Assembly: GCA_003344405.1 (NCBI GenBank)
Contig: NOWV01000217.1
Coordinates: 1-64,000 of the forward strand
Source of the DNA: Trichoplax sp. H2
Taxonomy: Eukaryota
Reading direction: 5' to 3'
Length of the DNA: 64,000 bases
Position 1 is the stretch's first letter. Each line of letters opens with the position of its first letter. The notes under the pieces are model-generated. The model worked only from the letters and a program-made list of their open reading frames with translations, made no database searches and was not told the DNA's origin. Positions 1 to 16,012 of the stretch are shown in pieces. The translations under genes were made by a program, and so were the position numbers.

Positions 1-249
1 TTTCAGCAGTAGGTCTACAACGACGTTGTTGAGTTTTGGTTGTTGCCTAGCCAGTCGTCGAGAGCCAGCAGTATGGTCAAGGAGGAAAAAAGTTTCTTTT
101 GCTGCAGACTACAGTCCATTGTCGTACTGTACACTGTAGGCATGGTACTGTAGCGTCTGGTACTGGGGAAACAAGAGTGTACCAAATCGCCACGCATGAT
201 TCATACAAAGCCATATAAAACGTGTTGAGACTTTCCACTTGCCGTGTAC

Positions 250-1060
250 AGTGTACAGTGAAAAGGGGGAAAAAGTGTTCATTTCCTGCTCAGTTGGGTA
301 CAGTACATTGTGGTACTGTACATTGTAGTACTGTGCACTGTACACTGTATAGTACAGAAAAAAAAGTTTTCATTTGCCTGCTCAGTAGGGTACTGTACAG
401 TGTACAGTACATTTTGGCACTGTACTGTACATTATAGTACTGTACACTGTACAGTACACTGAAAAGGGGGAAAAAGAAAAAGTTTTTCATTTTCCTGCTC
501 AGTAAGGTACAGTACATTGTAGTACAGTACAGTACAGTACTGTACTGTACACTGTACTGTACACTGAAAAGGGGGAAATACTGTACTGTTTCATTTTCCT
601 GCTCAATCCGGTACAGTACAGTATATTGTGGTACTGTACATTGTAGTACTGTACACTGTACAACAGTACAGAAAAAAAGGTTTCATTTTCCTGCTCAGTA
701 GGGTACAGTTTACAGTACATTGTAGTACTGTACAGTACTGTACAGTACACTGTACGCTGAAAAGGGGGAAAAAGAAAGTTTTCATTTTCCTGCTCAGTAC
801 AGTACAGTACATTGTGGTACAGTACATTGTAGTACACTGAAAAGGGGGGAAAAAAGGTTTCATTTTCCTGCTCAGTACGGTACGTTGTAGTACTGTACAC
901 TGAAACGGGGAAAAAAAAAGTTTTCATTTTCCTGCTCAGTACGGTACAGTACAGTGTCGCACAGTACGGTACGTTGTAGTACTGTACACTGTACACTGTA
1001 CTGTACAGTACACTGAAAAGGGGAAAAAAAAGTTTTCATTTTCCTGCTCAAGTACAGTAT
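250..1060. repeat. Tandem array of about 9 copies of a ~40-bp core (CTGAAAAGGGGGAAAAAAAAGTTTTCATTTTCCTGCTCAG) separated by variable CAGTA/TACTG-rich linkers
   Basis: The core end TTTTCATTTTCCTGCTCA or a close variant recurs near 280, 370, 488, 590, 683, 782, 860, 924 and 1036. The linkers consist of TACAG/TACTG/TACAC/TACAT pentamers. Confidence 0.95.
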
Positions 1061-2540
1061 GGCGCAATGAGCGGGGCCTATCGCTGCTGTTGCTTTCGCT
1101 ACCGTAGCGGACTACAGTATAGCGTTGCATAAAAGCACCAGAATGGAGTACTACTACTGTACTGTACACCTAAAAGGGAACTCTCACACTCGTCGAGGAG
1201 ACACTTCTTGTACAGTACAGTGCATCGCACTGTACGGTACACTGTACACTGTAGTTCCTCCAACGTCAACAAAGAAAAACGTCAGTCAAGGGACTGGTAC
1301 CGTTCCGTGCCCAAACAACAAACACGGGGTCTGGCATTTTGCTGGTCGTTCTACCACGGCTCTACTACTCCACTCGTCCATCCTGCTGTACTATGCCCAA
1401 CCAGTGGAAACGCATTTGGATGATCATCATGGACAGTCTAAAATAGATGCTGTAGAGATGTATCTTTATGCATGCTATCGGGCTAGGCAGTGTTAATCAT
1501 TTGATCCAAATCCTTTTCATTGCTAGGGACTAGTGTACGACAGCAAAAAAAAATGAGACCCCTTTTACTGCATTGTACTATTCAACCAGAGTCTCCACGA
1601 CCACCTACTGCAGCAGTAGCTAGCTGTGCTTCATTTTCAACTGTTTGAGCCTGTTTCTCTTTCTACCTGCTTGCTCATCGTGATTCTCAGTCATTCTTCT
1701 TGCTGGTCTGCTTACTGTATGACAGAATAATGTGTTCTATGGGTACACAATCAGGATCGGTGTGATAAATCAATTTCTGACTCTAGTCTGATACCCCCAA
1801 AATCGAGGATCAATTCGATCAGACGCATACAATGGATCCAAAATCGATGACGTGCATACAGCAGTAGAATCCTGTAGCCAATGCTAATTGTTTTACTCCG
1901 AATGAAATCTAAAATTTGTCTTACTGACGAGTATTACAGCTCCTACGTATGGCGGCTAGGAAGGAAGTTTTTTACTGCGTGCATACAAATTCTCCAGCTG
2001 GCTAAATCAGCACGGTTAGACTGCTCGATGTAGGAAGGCGCAGTAGTAGACCATCATCTGCACTGCACTGTGCAGTGTACGCAATGCAATAATAACAGGC
2101 AGGGATTACGTCAAAATAGGAAAAGAAAACCATTCTATTCCACATTTTGTAAACAGGACCAGCTACCTGCTACAATTTCGCTGCATGTTCTACTGTACAT
2201 TAAACGCTCATCACCTTTCAATTATGAGTGCAGGGCTTGACCCAATGACCCCTTGAACTGCTTAGCAATCGCTGCTCTTGTCTACCAAATTGATGCAGCA
2301 AGTATGCAGTATAATTCTTTTTTTTACCCTCTTGTTCGAGTACCTATACTGTCTTCAAAACCAACACCATGCTGAATGAATGCAGCAGGTGCTATCGCAG
2401 GTAGTTGCAGCCCCATCTGCAACTAGGCTAAACGTCAACATAAATCATCTGTGCAAAACTACCTCCTAACCCTGTTTTACAGAAACCTAGTCACTAGTAC
2501 AGCTACAATAGTCATATTATCTTGCAAGAAATTGTATTCC

Positions 2541-6347
<3,807 letters not shown>

Positions 6348-6983
6348 AATCATGGTATCGGTGAAATATGTTGATACTGAAGCGCATAGTCGTCATTTGA
6401 AATTCGATTTTATGATGTATTGAATTTCAGGACTTTACAATAATATACTACATGATACGGGATGCGATGAAGAGAGAATACTATATGCCCGTCAATAATA
6501 ATATTGTGCCAAATTTACGTGATAATTCCTACTAATTACGTTCAGAAATCACGATGGTTTTATTGTAGGGCTTTGATAATCGATAGTTCTCTATACATAA
6601 CTGATTTACTTTGAATGGACAATCAGAATTTTATTTTTATACCGATCTAGCGTATTTTAAATTAGTTGAGTTTAATATTAATGTCGATGTTAAAAACTGC
6701 ATGATATCGTGTAGTAGCGTCGCAAGCAGTTATAATGCTTACCTGTATAGAGAATATTTCTAGTATGAATGAGAGAAGATATTCTATTTTTGTAAAGCAG
6801 ATATATATGCAGCACGATATTCTCGAATCTCAATATGTGAACAGCGGAATGTAGTGTATTTGTTCACGTTCGCTGAAATTTATCTTGGTAAATATAGTGA
6901 CAACTTCTGATATATTCTTATCAGCTAGAAAATCATACTGCGTGTATTATTACATCTGAATTTATGGATTTTGCTTTGACATT

Positions 6984-7021
6984 TTATAGAATTATAGAAT
7001 TATAGAATCTTTATAGAATTA
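6984..7021. repeat. Short (TTATAGAA)n repeat
   Basis: ttatagaa occurs three times in tandem, with a fourth copy after a short spacer. Confidence 0.7.
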
Positions 7022-7918
7022 GGTGTATTAACTATAAATTGCTCATGTTGACAATAAAATATTAGCTGGGATATTCTGTTAAAGCAAAGGTAAACCTAGT
7101 CCCTCTATCTACTAGAAGATTACTGTAATAAGCGGCTTTCCCGCTTTTAAGAAATCTAGTCATTTGATAGCTATTTTAAATATAGAGTTATGTTAATTAA
7201 ATTTCCAGTATAACGGATCACTTCGCATATATACTGAGCTTTATCCTTTAAATCTTTCAAAGACCTTCAATTTCATTTGCAAGCAAGGTTTTAGGTTGTG
7301 TTGTATATGTTGTCTTGATTTATTGACATTAAAATAGTATTACGAATTATAAGAGTATCTTTTGCATGTGTGATAATTCATGCATCAATGAAATAATAGA
7401 ATAAAATTTAGCTATTCAAACAGTATAAAACAGTAATATCTATATTTGGATATACATATTTATTGTACCCATGGTACACTGACTAAAACTACACCAAGAG
7501 ACACCGCTCAATATGATCCTAATATCGTAGATAAGAGAGTCTTAATGTGCAAACTGCATTGCATATCAAAGTACTATCGATAGTTCAGTATCACAGCAAC
7601 TTCAAGACTTAATGTAGTTGTGACATACAACGAATGGTCAATAGTTAGGAAGGCACAATGCAATTATTTGCTACATTATGTTTCAGTGATGATAGTACTC
7701 ATTTTTTAGCGGTACAAATTGAGCGATAAAGAATTCTGTCTGCAGATGAAATTGTATACCTCCGATTCTAATTCCTATGCATATTTACTATATTTATAGT
7801 AAATGTGTAAATTGATTTTCAGCAATTTTGGTTAATATTGATAGTAATTTGATACCCTATTTGTAAACAGACGGTGCCTAACTTCAGACTGTATGAAGTG
7901 CAATAAAATGCGACTCTC

Positions 7919-10900
7919 TTAAAAAGTTTCGCTCTCATTATTAGAAATATTTTCTGATTGATTTGTAGTAATTTCTTCTGCTTCATCTTGGGATTCATCC
8001 TCTTCATAGCTCTCTTGGCTAGTATCATCATCCAAAATATCATTATCGTCGTTATAGAAGTAGTCTTCGTCATCGTCATCATAAGAACAATTTCCTAAAT
8101 TTCCTTTACTTTGAATAGAATTCCTAGTGGTTTTTAAACAATATTCTTGAATAGTTGTAGGTACTTGGACACCATCTTTTTCGGCATCATGTTGACTATT
8201 CAATACCTGTTGTCTATTACATGAAGATTTCGGATATCGTATTTAATTTAGAGTAAAAATGAATAGGGAAACTGGCTTGTACTTTAACAGACCTGCTTAT
8301 AACTGACATCAGTACATGAGTAGGTAGTAGCGAAAGCTAGATCAATTTTAAATAAGCTATGGTAGGTTATTGTAACGTTGCCGTCTAACAGTTACCTGAC
8401 AATGCGCTCATATTCTTTATCAAGAGACTCTCGCCACCTTCTAAACATTACTGAAGCATCCACATTAGCAGGCGATGACGTGTTGGGTTCATTTAGTAGC
8501 GATATTACGCTAAGTAAGATAGTCCTAAAACAAATTACTCTATCTTAATATAGTTATTGAATTATTAAAAACGCGATATTGTCGATATAACTCAAGTATC
8601 ATTGGAAGGTTTAATTTTAATATTCCCACTAATTTCGATTATAATAAAGATGGCAAATACACTGCAGCTGTAAGATTAAACGATTGATTTCCTAGACGTA
8701 AAAAACTAGTGTTAGGATATGGTAATGGTTTGGCAATACTTCATAACAGAGTAAGACTGGTACAGGTACTTGTTCTTGTTAAGTGTATTATTGACTTTTA
8801 ACTGTATTTTTATGATAAAATGAGAAGAATTGCTAGTGATGTAAATATGACTATTCATTATGTAGCCAAGGATACGCAACGCTTTTATTACATATTATAT
8901 ATGTAGAGAGGGGAGAATGGCTTTATACTGCCAGGGTGCAATACAGTAAATTGCAGTTTTAGTTTACCTGACATTCTGTGTAGGGTTCCATCGTTCAGAC
9001 GGCAATTCGCCGCTAAATGGATCGTCAACAGGAGGATGCAAAATGGAAATACATAATTCACCACTCTGGAAATGTACACAATTTCATTTTAACGGATATT
9101 GATCGGGTATAGACGTTGTACAATACATATTCTATCGTGTTTCATTTGTTAGCAAATAGAATTTCATACTTACTTCGTAAACATTAGGATGCCATAATTT
9201 GGTTGTAAATCGAAATTGGGGTGGCGAATATGGATAATCATTTGGAAATATTAGTCTTGCCTATGAATGTAGAGAAGAAATTTTCACTCATTTGCCTGAT
9301 TGTCATCGTGATTGGTAGAGTTCGTAGCGCGTTTGAGAAATATACGCTGCTACGTGTAGTGAATTCATACTAACAATAAATTTTTAAATTATGTGTATTC
9401 AAGATGTTTATATAACATTGATGATATCGCACTAGCAAGGATGAATCATTTGTAGTACAAGAATAGAGTTCAGTAAACTTAAGCCATTGACCTGTTATAG
9501 GTTTAGCATCAATTTTTAAAAGTAACTGTATAATTCTTGTTATGTATCTTATATACAGTTAACCTTACAACCATAATATTGATGTCTTGTGTATATGAAA
9601 CGTACAAAGAGTGCAAGTCGAAGTCTACGCGTCTATCAACAATTTTGATTGCGCTCGTTTGGATGAGTTTGCTGCATGCTTGCCCATTACAGTAACAAGT
9701 AGCATTTACTTATTTATCAAGTAACAGCAGCAATTTCCATTTTCCTATTGGAAATAATACAGCCATGGATTGCATCGTGCTGTTTAGTCTCGTGTTGATG
9801 CTATTGCATCATGATACTGTTGCAGTATAAATAGAGTGCAGTCTATGAGTATAGACAGTATCTATCTTTTCATTTTGCTACCGTAGTTTACAGTAAGTTG
9901 AAGAATCTTCGTTACAACTGAGTCCAAGTATTGTTCATATACATATACAAGTAATAATGTATTTTTCTTAATTTTATAAGTGCCTATATGTATTATTTTA
10001 CAGCGCCATGACGAGCAGCAACACTGCTGTCCATGTTGATCACTCCTGACTCTAGTACTGTCGTAACCATTTTCTCAAGATTGGTACTGTACAGTGCAGT
10101 CAAAAGGAAAGAAAACTACGCAACACTCCAGTAAGTGGAACTTACCATTTGACTCTACAGTACTATGTACAGTACACTAATTAGTACTGTACATTGTACA
10201 GTATTGACTGGACGTACAGAAGGAAGTGACAGACAACGGGTGAAATAGATCGTTCACTATAGACGACAGTCGAAGTCCATGACAGTGCAGTATTGTACTA
10301 GGGATTTTATCCGATTGAGTAATGAGCTATATTAAAGTTATTATTGAAATTAAAATTACGAATGGATATGGTAGTCAAAGGAGAATATCTTGACTGAACA
10401 GATATACTGGATAATCATTGATAATATATAATTACAATTAATAATTCGCACAAAGTGATCAAGCCGATCAGTGAAATTGATCAGAAAGTGAGCACTGATC
10501 AAACCAATCAGTGAAATTGATCAGAAAGTGAGCACTGATCAAACCAATCAGTGAAATTGATCAGAAAGCGAACACTGATCAAGCCAATCAGTGAAATTGA
10601 TCAGAAAGTAGCTAAGCACTGATCAAGCCAATCAGTGAAATTGATCAGAAAGTGAACACTGATCAAGCCAATCAATGAAATTGATCAGAAAGTGATCACT
10701 GATTCTAAAATTATACTTATCGATCAATCGTCAATGATCATTGATCCTATTCGTTGTGATTATGCTTCCAAGATTGTTGTGGATACAAAAGTAGAAAGTT
10801 ACGACCATTGATCCGACACCGTGTCATGACGAATTAGTAGTGCATGGATTTAGCCATCATTTCTATTAATAACAAACACTGCGATTCATCTTTCTCAGGT

Positions 10901-11084
10901 TTGTACTCACCTTAAAGTAACCACCTTCGTACAACGTGTCTGGGGGACCGAAAATTGCCACATCCCAATCGAATAGATTGGATTCATCCACTAAGCCAAC
11001 CACACAACCTTCTAAGGGTTCATTGGTCAGCTTGTTCAATTCTTGAGCTAGGGCACGTAATGCTGGAGTAGTCTGATTAGACAT
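7919..11084 (-). CDS. CDC34: Ubiquitin-conjugating enzyme E2 R (Cdc34 family), 5 exons
   Basis: Exons at about 11084-10911, 9260-9174, 9066-8969, 8524-8397 and 8213-7919. Motifs: [26 protein letters not shown], catalytic [11 protein letters not shown] with the acidic loop [29 protein letters not shown] and a long acidic tail. Confidence 0.95.
10452..10705. repeat. 40-bp minisatellite, about 6 copies, in CDC34 intron 1
   Basis: GTGAAATTGATCAGAAAG recurs at 10471, 10511, 10551, 10591, ~10635 and ~10675. Most units contain the inverted repeat CACTGAT-N7-ATCAGTG. Confidence 0.95.
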
Positions 11085-12155
11085 GGCTTCCCGTAAACTT
11101 TATTTCATTGATTAAAAGGATAACCTTTTAAAATGTTGACCATTCAAAGTGCACCTTCTCAATGACTAAAATACACCGACGAAAGTCTACGTCTAGCATT
11201 CAGTACAGTAGTTCTGTACACAATCTGGATCAATTTTGGCAGGATTGATCGGGGCGTCAAATATCTTTTGCCAAATGAATTCGTACAGTACAGGACACCA
11301 ATACCAGATAGGAAGGGAATTTACCGTTGAAACCTGTTTATTATTAATCTACTTCATTTAACTAATGAAGTATGGACGCGTTTTGACAACACTGCACTCA
11401 ATATACCACCAACACATCCACTGCAAGAGCTAAAATTTCGCCATCAGACTGCTCGGTGATTATTACTAGCCTCTAACACTGGCTTTGAAAGCGAAATGGA
11501 CAGCAGTAAATAAAGGACTGCTGAAATGGATGCCGCCGATGCGCAGAGCAGTATTGGCCGCGATGTACTGTACTACAGTACTTTCACTGTATTTCTCCCC
11601 CATAGTGTACAGTACTGTACTGTACTGTATGGGCCCTAGTAGGGGATACTGGTACAGTCCAGTACGACCGTAATCTAGTATCCAGTGGCGTCCAGGCGAT
11701 AAAAGAAAATCATCGAGAATGGCCCCCCTAGAATAAGACCCACATATCGACAAATTGAACCGTATACTGTATCAGGGACTGCTAAAGTAAATAGAAAGAG
11801 AACTTTTTAGGATACTCGTTAGGGTAGGGGTGACAACTTTTTGTGCAAGAGGTACAATTTGGATGGAGTAGTCCGTCCCTTCATACTAAATGCAGTTCTA
11901 AAAAGAGACGCGAATGGAGATGACTGAATCATGATTTGATCAGTACTGTACAGTATAGTAATGCACTGTAAGAATGGCATCAAAGAAAGAAGGCACAGTG
12001 CATGGTACTGTAAAGCGTACAGTACTATGCACTGTGACCAAAATTGCTGAATAAACGGGACTGCAGCATTTCTTTTTCAGTTTCCGCTTATACGCTTGCG
12101 CACTCATGCCATTCTGCACAACGCTTGTGCCAGCGCTACTCGAACATTCGGAAAG
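11085..12155. promoter_or_regulatory. Putative bidirectional promoter region between CDC34 and PSMA4
   Basis: The two start codons diverge about 1.07 kb apart. The interval is locally GC-richer and contains clustered TACTGTACAGTA-type palindromes. Confidence 0.55.
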
Positions 12156-13910
12156 ATGGTTAGTGCCAAGAAAATAGAAAAGCGAGAAAGCTTTAGACAT
12201 TTTAAAATGATTCTTTACGTTGACTATTGATGTAGTTTGTCGTATTCATACAGTCCTTTCAACCTTTCTTATTATCTATTTTAGTCGCGTCGATATGATA
12301 CCAAAACAACTACATTTTCTCCTGAAGGTAAGTTTGTCCACATCCAGTGTAGTGTCGTTGTGCTAGAATTTTCGCTACAGTGGAAGACATGAAATGAACT
12401 AAAATTAATCTTGATTAAATGGCATTTGAATGCTCCGTTTAGTTAATGACACAGTGATTCGATGTATGATAATGAGAATAGATCCTAAATGACTATCGTG
12501 ATTTTATCAGATGTAACGCTGTAAAGTTGCTTGTACTCATGATATAATTGACCCATAATACGGTATAACGAAGGATAATGCAGTATAAAGTGCCGTATCG
12601 ATCATAATGGAAAGTCGTCCATAAAATGCTCGCTTCCTTAAGAAGTCACTGTATTGGACTACAGTAATAAATTACAAGGACGACTTTTTTCGTCAATTTC
12701 GAACGAATATGTACTTGTGGAAAATTAAGATAATTCTTGAGCTGATGAAATTATTTGTATCGGTATAGGACGGCTGTATCAAGTCGAATATGCCATGGAG
12801 GCAATTGGCTTGGCAGGAACGTGCTTTGGAATACTTGCTGAAGATGGTATTGTGCTTGGTGCGGAGAGAAAGATTACTAATAAACTACTAGATGAAATAC
12901 CCTTCTCGGATAAAATTTACAAGATTAACGAGTTAGTCTATTTATATACTTCTCTCTCGCTTCTAAACTACCATGCAAGGACTCGTATCGATAATATTCT
13001 CTTACGAAACTGTAGGAATATGGCCTGTAGTGTTGCTGGAATCACTTCAGATGCAAACGTTCTCATAAACGAATTACGACTCATCGCTCAAAGGTTGCTT
13101 CTTGATCTATCTACCTTATCTTAAAAAATTTTCAAACTGTTATAAACAAACCCAATTGTTATAATCATGGTCTCAAAATTCAATTGTACTGTTTGCTACT
13201 AACGTAGTGGTTGACATCTATTCATATTGGTTTGTGATATTGAATAGGTATTTGCTTAATTATCAAGAACCGATACCTTGTGAGCAATTGGTTAGTCATT
13301 TATGCGATATTAAGCAAGCCTATACCCAGTTTGGTGGTAAGAGGCCCTTTGGAGTTTCTCTTCTCTATATAGGATGGGATAGACATTATGGATTTCAGTT
13401 ATATCATAGTGACCCTAGTGGAAACTACGGCGGATGGAAGGCTAATTGCATTGGCAACAATAACTCAGTGAGTAGATGCGCTTATTAATTGTACTAGGCA
13501 TGGTCATTTCGCTTGAGAATGAAATTTTTTCGTTGTTGTTATCAGGCGGCCATGGCTATCTTGAAGCAGGAATACAAAGAGGATATTAAGATTGACGATG
13601 CCTTGAGTTTATCCATGAAAGTGTTACATAAAACTCTAGACGTATCTAAATTAAGTCCGGAAAAAGGTAAGCCTATATGTAAGCCTAGATAAGATGAGAC
13701 TGTAAGTTGTAGGCTCTACTAACTTTCTTCTTTACCCTATTGTTTGCTCTACTAGTTGAAATGGCTACATTAACTAGGAAAAACGGAAAGACTGTTATAC
13801 GTGTGTTAAGTAATGAGGAATTAAATAAATTAATTGAAGATTACGAGACAAAGCTTAAGGCTGCCGAAGAAGCTAAGGAAAAGGAAAAGAGTAAAAAGCC
13901 AAGTTCGTAA
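12156..13910 (+). CDS. PSMA4: 20S proteasome subunit alpha type-4 (alpha3), 7 coding exons; the first coding exon contributes only the ATG
   Basis: ATG|GTTAGT at 12156-12158 is spliced to [15 protein letters not shown] (from 12285). Then [41 protein letters not shown] and [21 protein letters not shown] ends at 13910. Confidence 0.96.
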
Positions 13911-15458
13911 TGCATCTCCGGAGATGGTGAAAGAGTATGGTTTCATTTTTTATCTGTATGGCATGATCTACACTTGCACTGATGTATGCTGTGTATATAT
14001 ATATATGGCGCCGTTAGAGTAATAAAGTACTATACCGTAGGTATACTATTCAGTATTAATAATGACAATGATAAGTATTGATTTTAACATTAACTATTCC
14101 TTTTCATACATATACTGTATGTACTTTTGAAAGTTTCGTTGTTATTTTGGACTTGTCCATATTTATATCCAATAAATATACATTAGAACAAAATTGAATC
14201 TTTAATAGCGGCAGGATCTTTGAAATAAGACAATGTTTAAATTGATAGAATGCTGATTGCAGCCATCGTTAGTATCCGTGCGATATCCAGCTTACACAAC
14301 ACGTAGTTCAATATTACTATTCGTATATACGCATAGTGTATTTATATTGGAGATCAGATCTGATTCTATTGAAAGTATTTCGTATGCCGTTGTTCATCAC
14401 GACTTACTTTGTTTGCATTGGTGGTTTGTACGAGGGATTACACTGGACTGATTATTCACTGTCCTTGGAAGATTGACATTCTACGGGTATGTGTTATGAA
14501 TGGTTACAAATAACTTACACTTTTAGCTTGTTATGGTTAAAGGTTGTTGCTGTGTTCGTGGCGTCATTTTGATGTACTTGTACAGTAGATATGAATGATA
14601 CAACGAGATGGCCAAACTTTAATGTAAGAGTTGTATGCGATAAACTTGAGCTACTGTATTCGGCGATCCGCAAGACGCGAACTCGAATTCGCATCCGTGT
14701 TTTTGTTGCACTCACCTTAGTTTCATAAAGTAAACATTGAAGATCAATGAGTCTAGGTTAACTTTCCCTATTTAAAAACGAAACAAGTGATGGACTACTG
14801 CCTAGTATGAGCATTCTGATTCTCTTTAGCAATAAAGACCTGCCCTCAGACCTCCATGCTGATAATAACGACACCATTTTCCTGAAGCACCATTGGAAAG
14901 ATATTTGGATTGAATGGAATCTTTGGTTACAACTGGAACATTTCTATCTGGTACACTACAGCATACTAGACATTAACGCTTTCCATAGCATGCTCCAGCA
15001 GTGAAAATATTACTGGAACTACTTCGTGTTCATGGTATAGGGTATTCATCCTGGCCATCTATTATATCAATTCAAGCGAAAAATGATGCAGCAGTGCTGG
15101 TGATCATCTACGTAGATATTCAATTTATGAACTTCAAATAGTAAATTAGGGGAAAATGAAAACTACAGTTGATACTCTGATTGATCCAGTGCAGTAATTA
15201 TACTGTACACGAGTAATAATTATGTAAAGTGAAGGAGATTACACGTATAAATGCCTTTTAGCCTAAGCCCTCTAAAGGAGTCTGTATGGGGGCTTCACCA
15301 TGGACTACTCAAAGAAGACCGGCCTTATTTAGTAGCCTATAGCTTTATATGACTATATTGAACAATATACCAGAAAGAGAGGGATGCAAAGTAGTTGCTA
15401 AATAAATTGTTGAGGCCTATCGTTTCTCTGCTCGTTCTGCTCTGTTAACTAAAAAAGC

Positions 15459-16012
15459 TGGTAGTTAATTTATCATCGACAGTACAGCGTTCGATGCAGA
15501 TATACAGTACAGTTCCTGCCCTTTTTTAGTGGTCAGACTTAAACTGTTTACAGTTAGGTCGAGCCACTGAATGGTACTGAGATGCAACTGAATCATTATG
15601 CTACTGTAGTGGTTTAAACTAAAACTGTTTACGGTTAGGTCGAGCCACCGAATTGTACTAAGATACAACTGAATTATGACGCTACTAGGGTGTACAACTT
15701 CTTTAGCTACAATATCATTTTCAGTACAGTTCCTGTCCTTATTAGTGGTTTGAACTAAAACTATTTACGATTAGGCCGAGCCACTGAATGGTACTGGAAC
15801 TGAATCATTATGCTACTGGGGTAGTTAATTTATCATCGACAGTACAGCCTGCCATGCAGATATACTGTACAGTACAGTTCTTGTCCTTTTTAGTGTTTTT
15901 TTTTAAAGTAAAACCATTTACAGTTAGGTCGAGCCACTGAATGGTACTGAGATGCAAGTGAATTATTGTGCTACTGGGGTGTACAACTTGTTAAGCTACA
16001 ATATCATTTTCG
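15459..16012. repeat. Higher-order tandem repeat (two copies of a ~360-bp unit, the second incomplete) containing four copies of a ~55-bp subunit
   Basis: GTAGTTAATTTATCATCGACAGTACAGC occurs at ~15461 and ~15821. TTAGGTCGAGCCACTGAATGGTACTG variants occur near 15554, 15634, 15771 and 15924. Confidence 0.9.

Noticed and set aside
250..1060. CRISPR-like repeat/spacer layout
   Set aside because: The linkers are low-complexity and related to each other, their lengths vary widely, there are no cas genes, and the context is eukaryotic.
109..1496. Cys/Thr/Val/Tyr-rich ORFs on both strands
   Set aside because: They are translations of the pentamer repeat and contain no recognisable domain.
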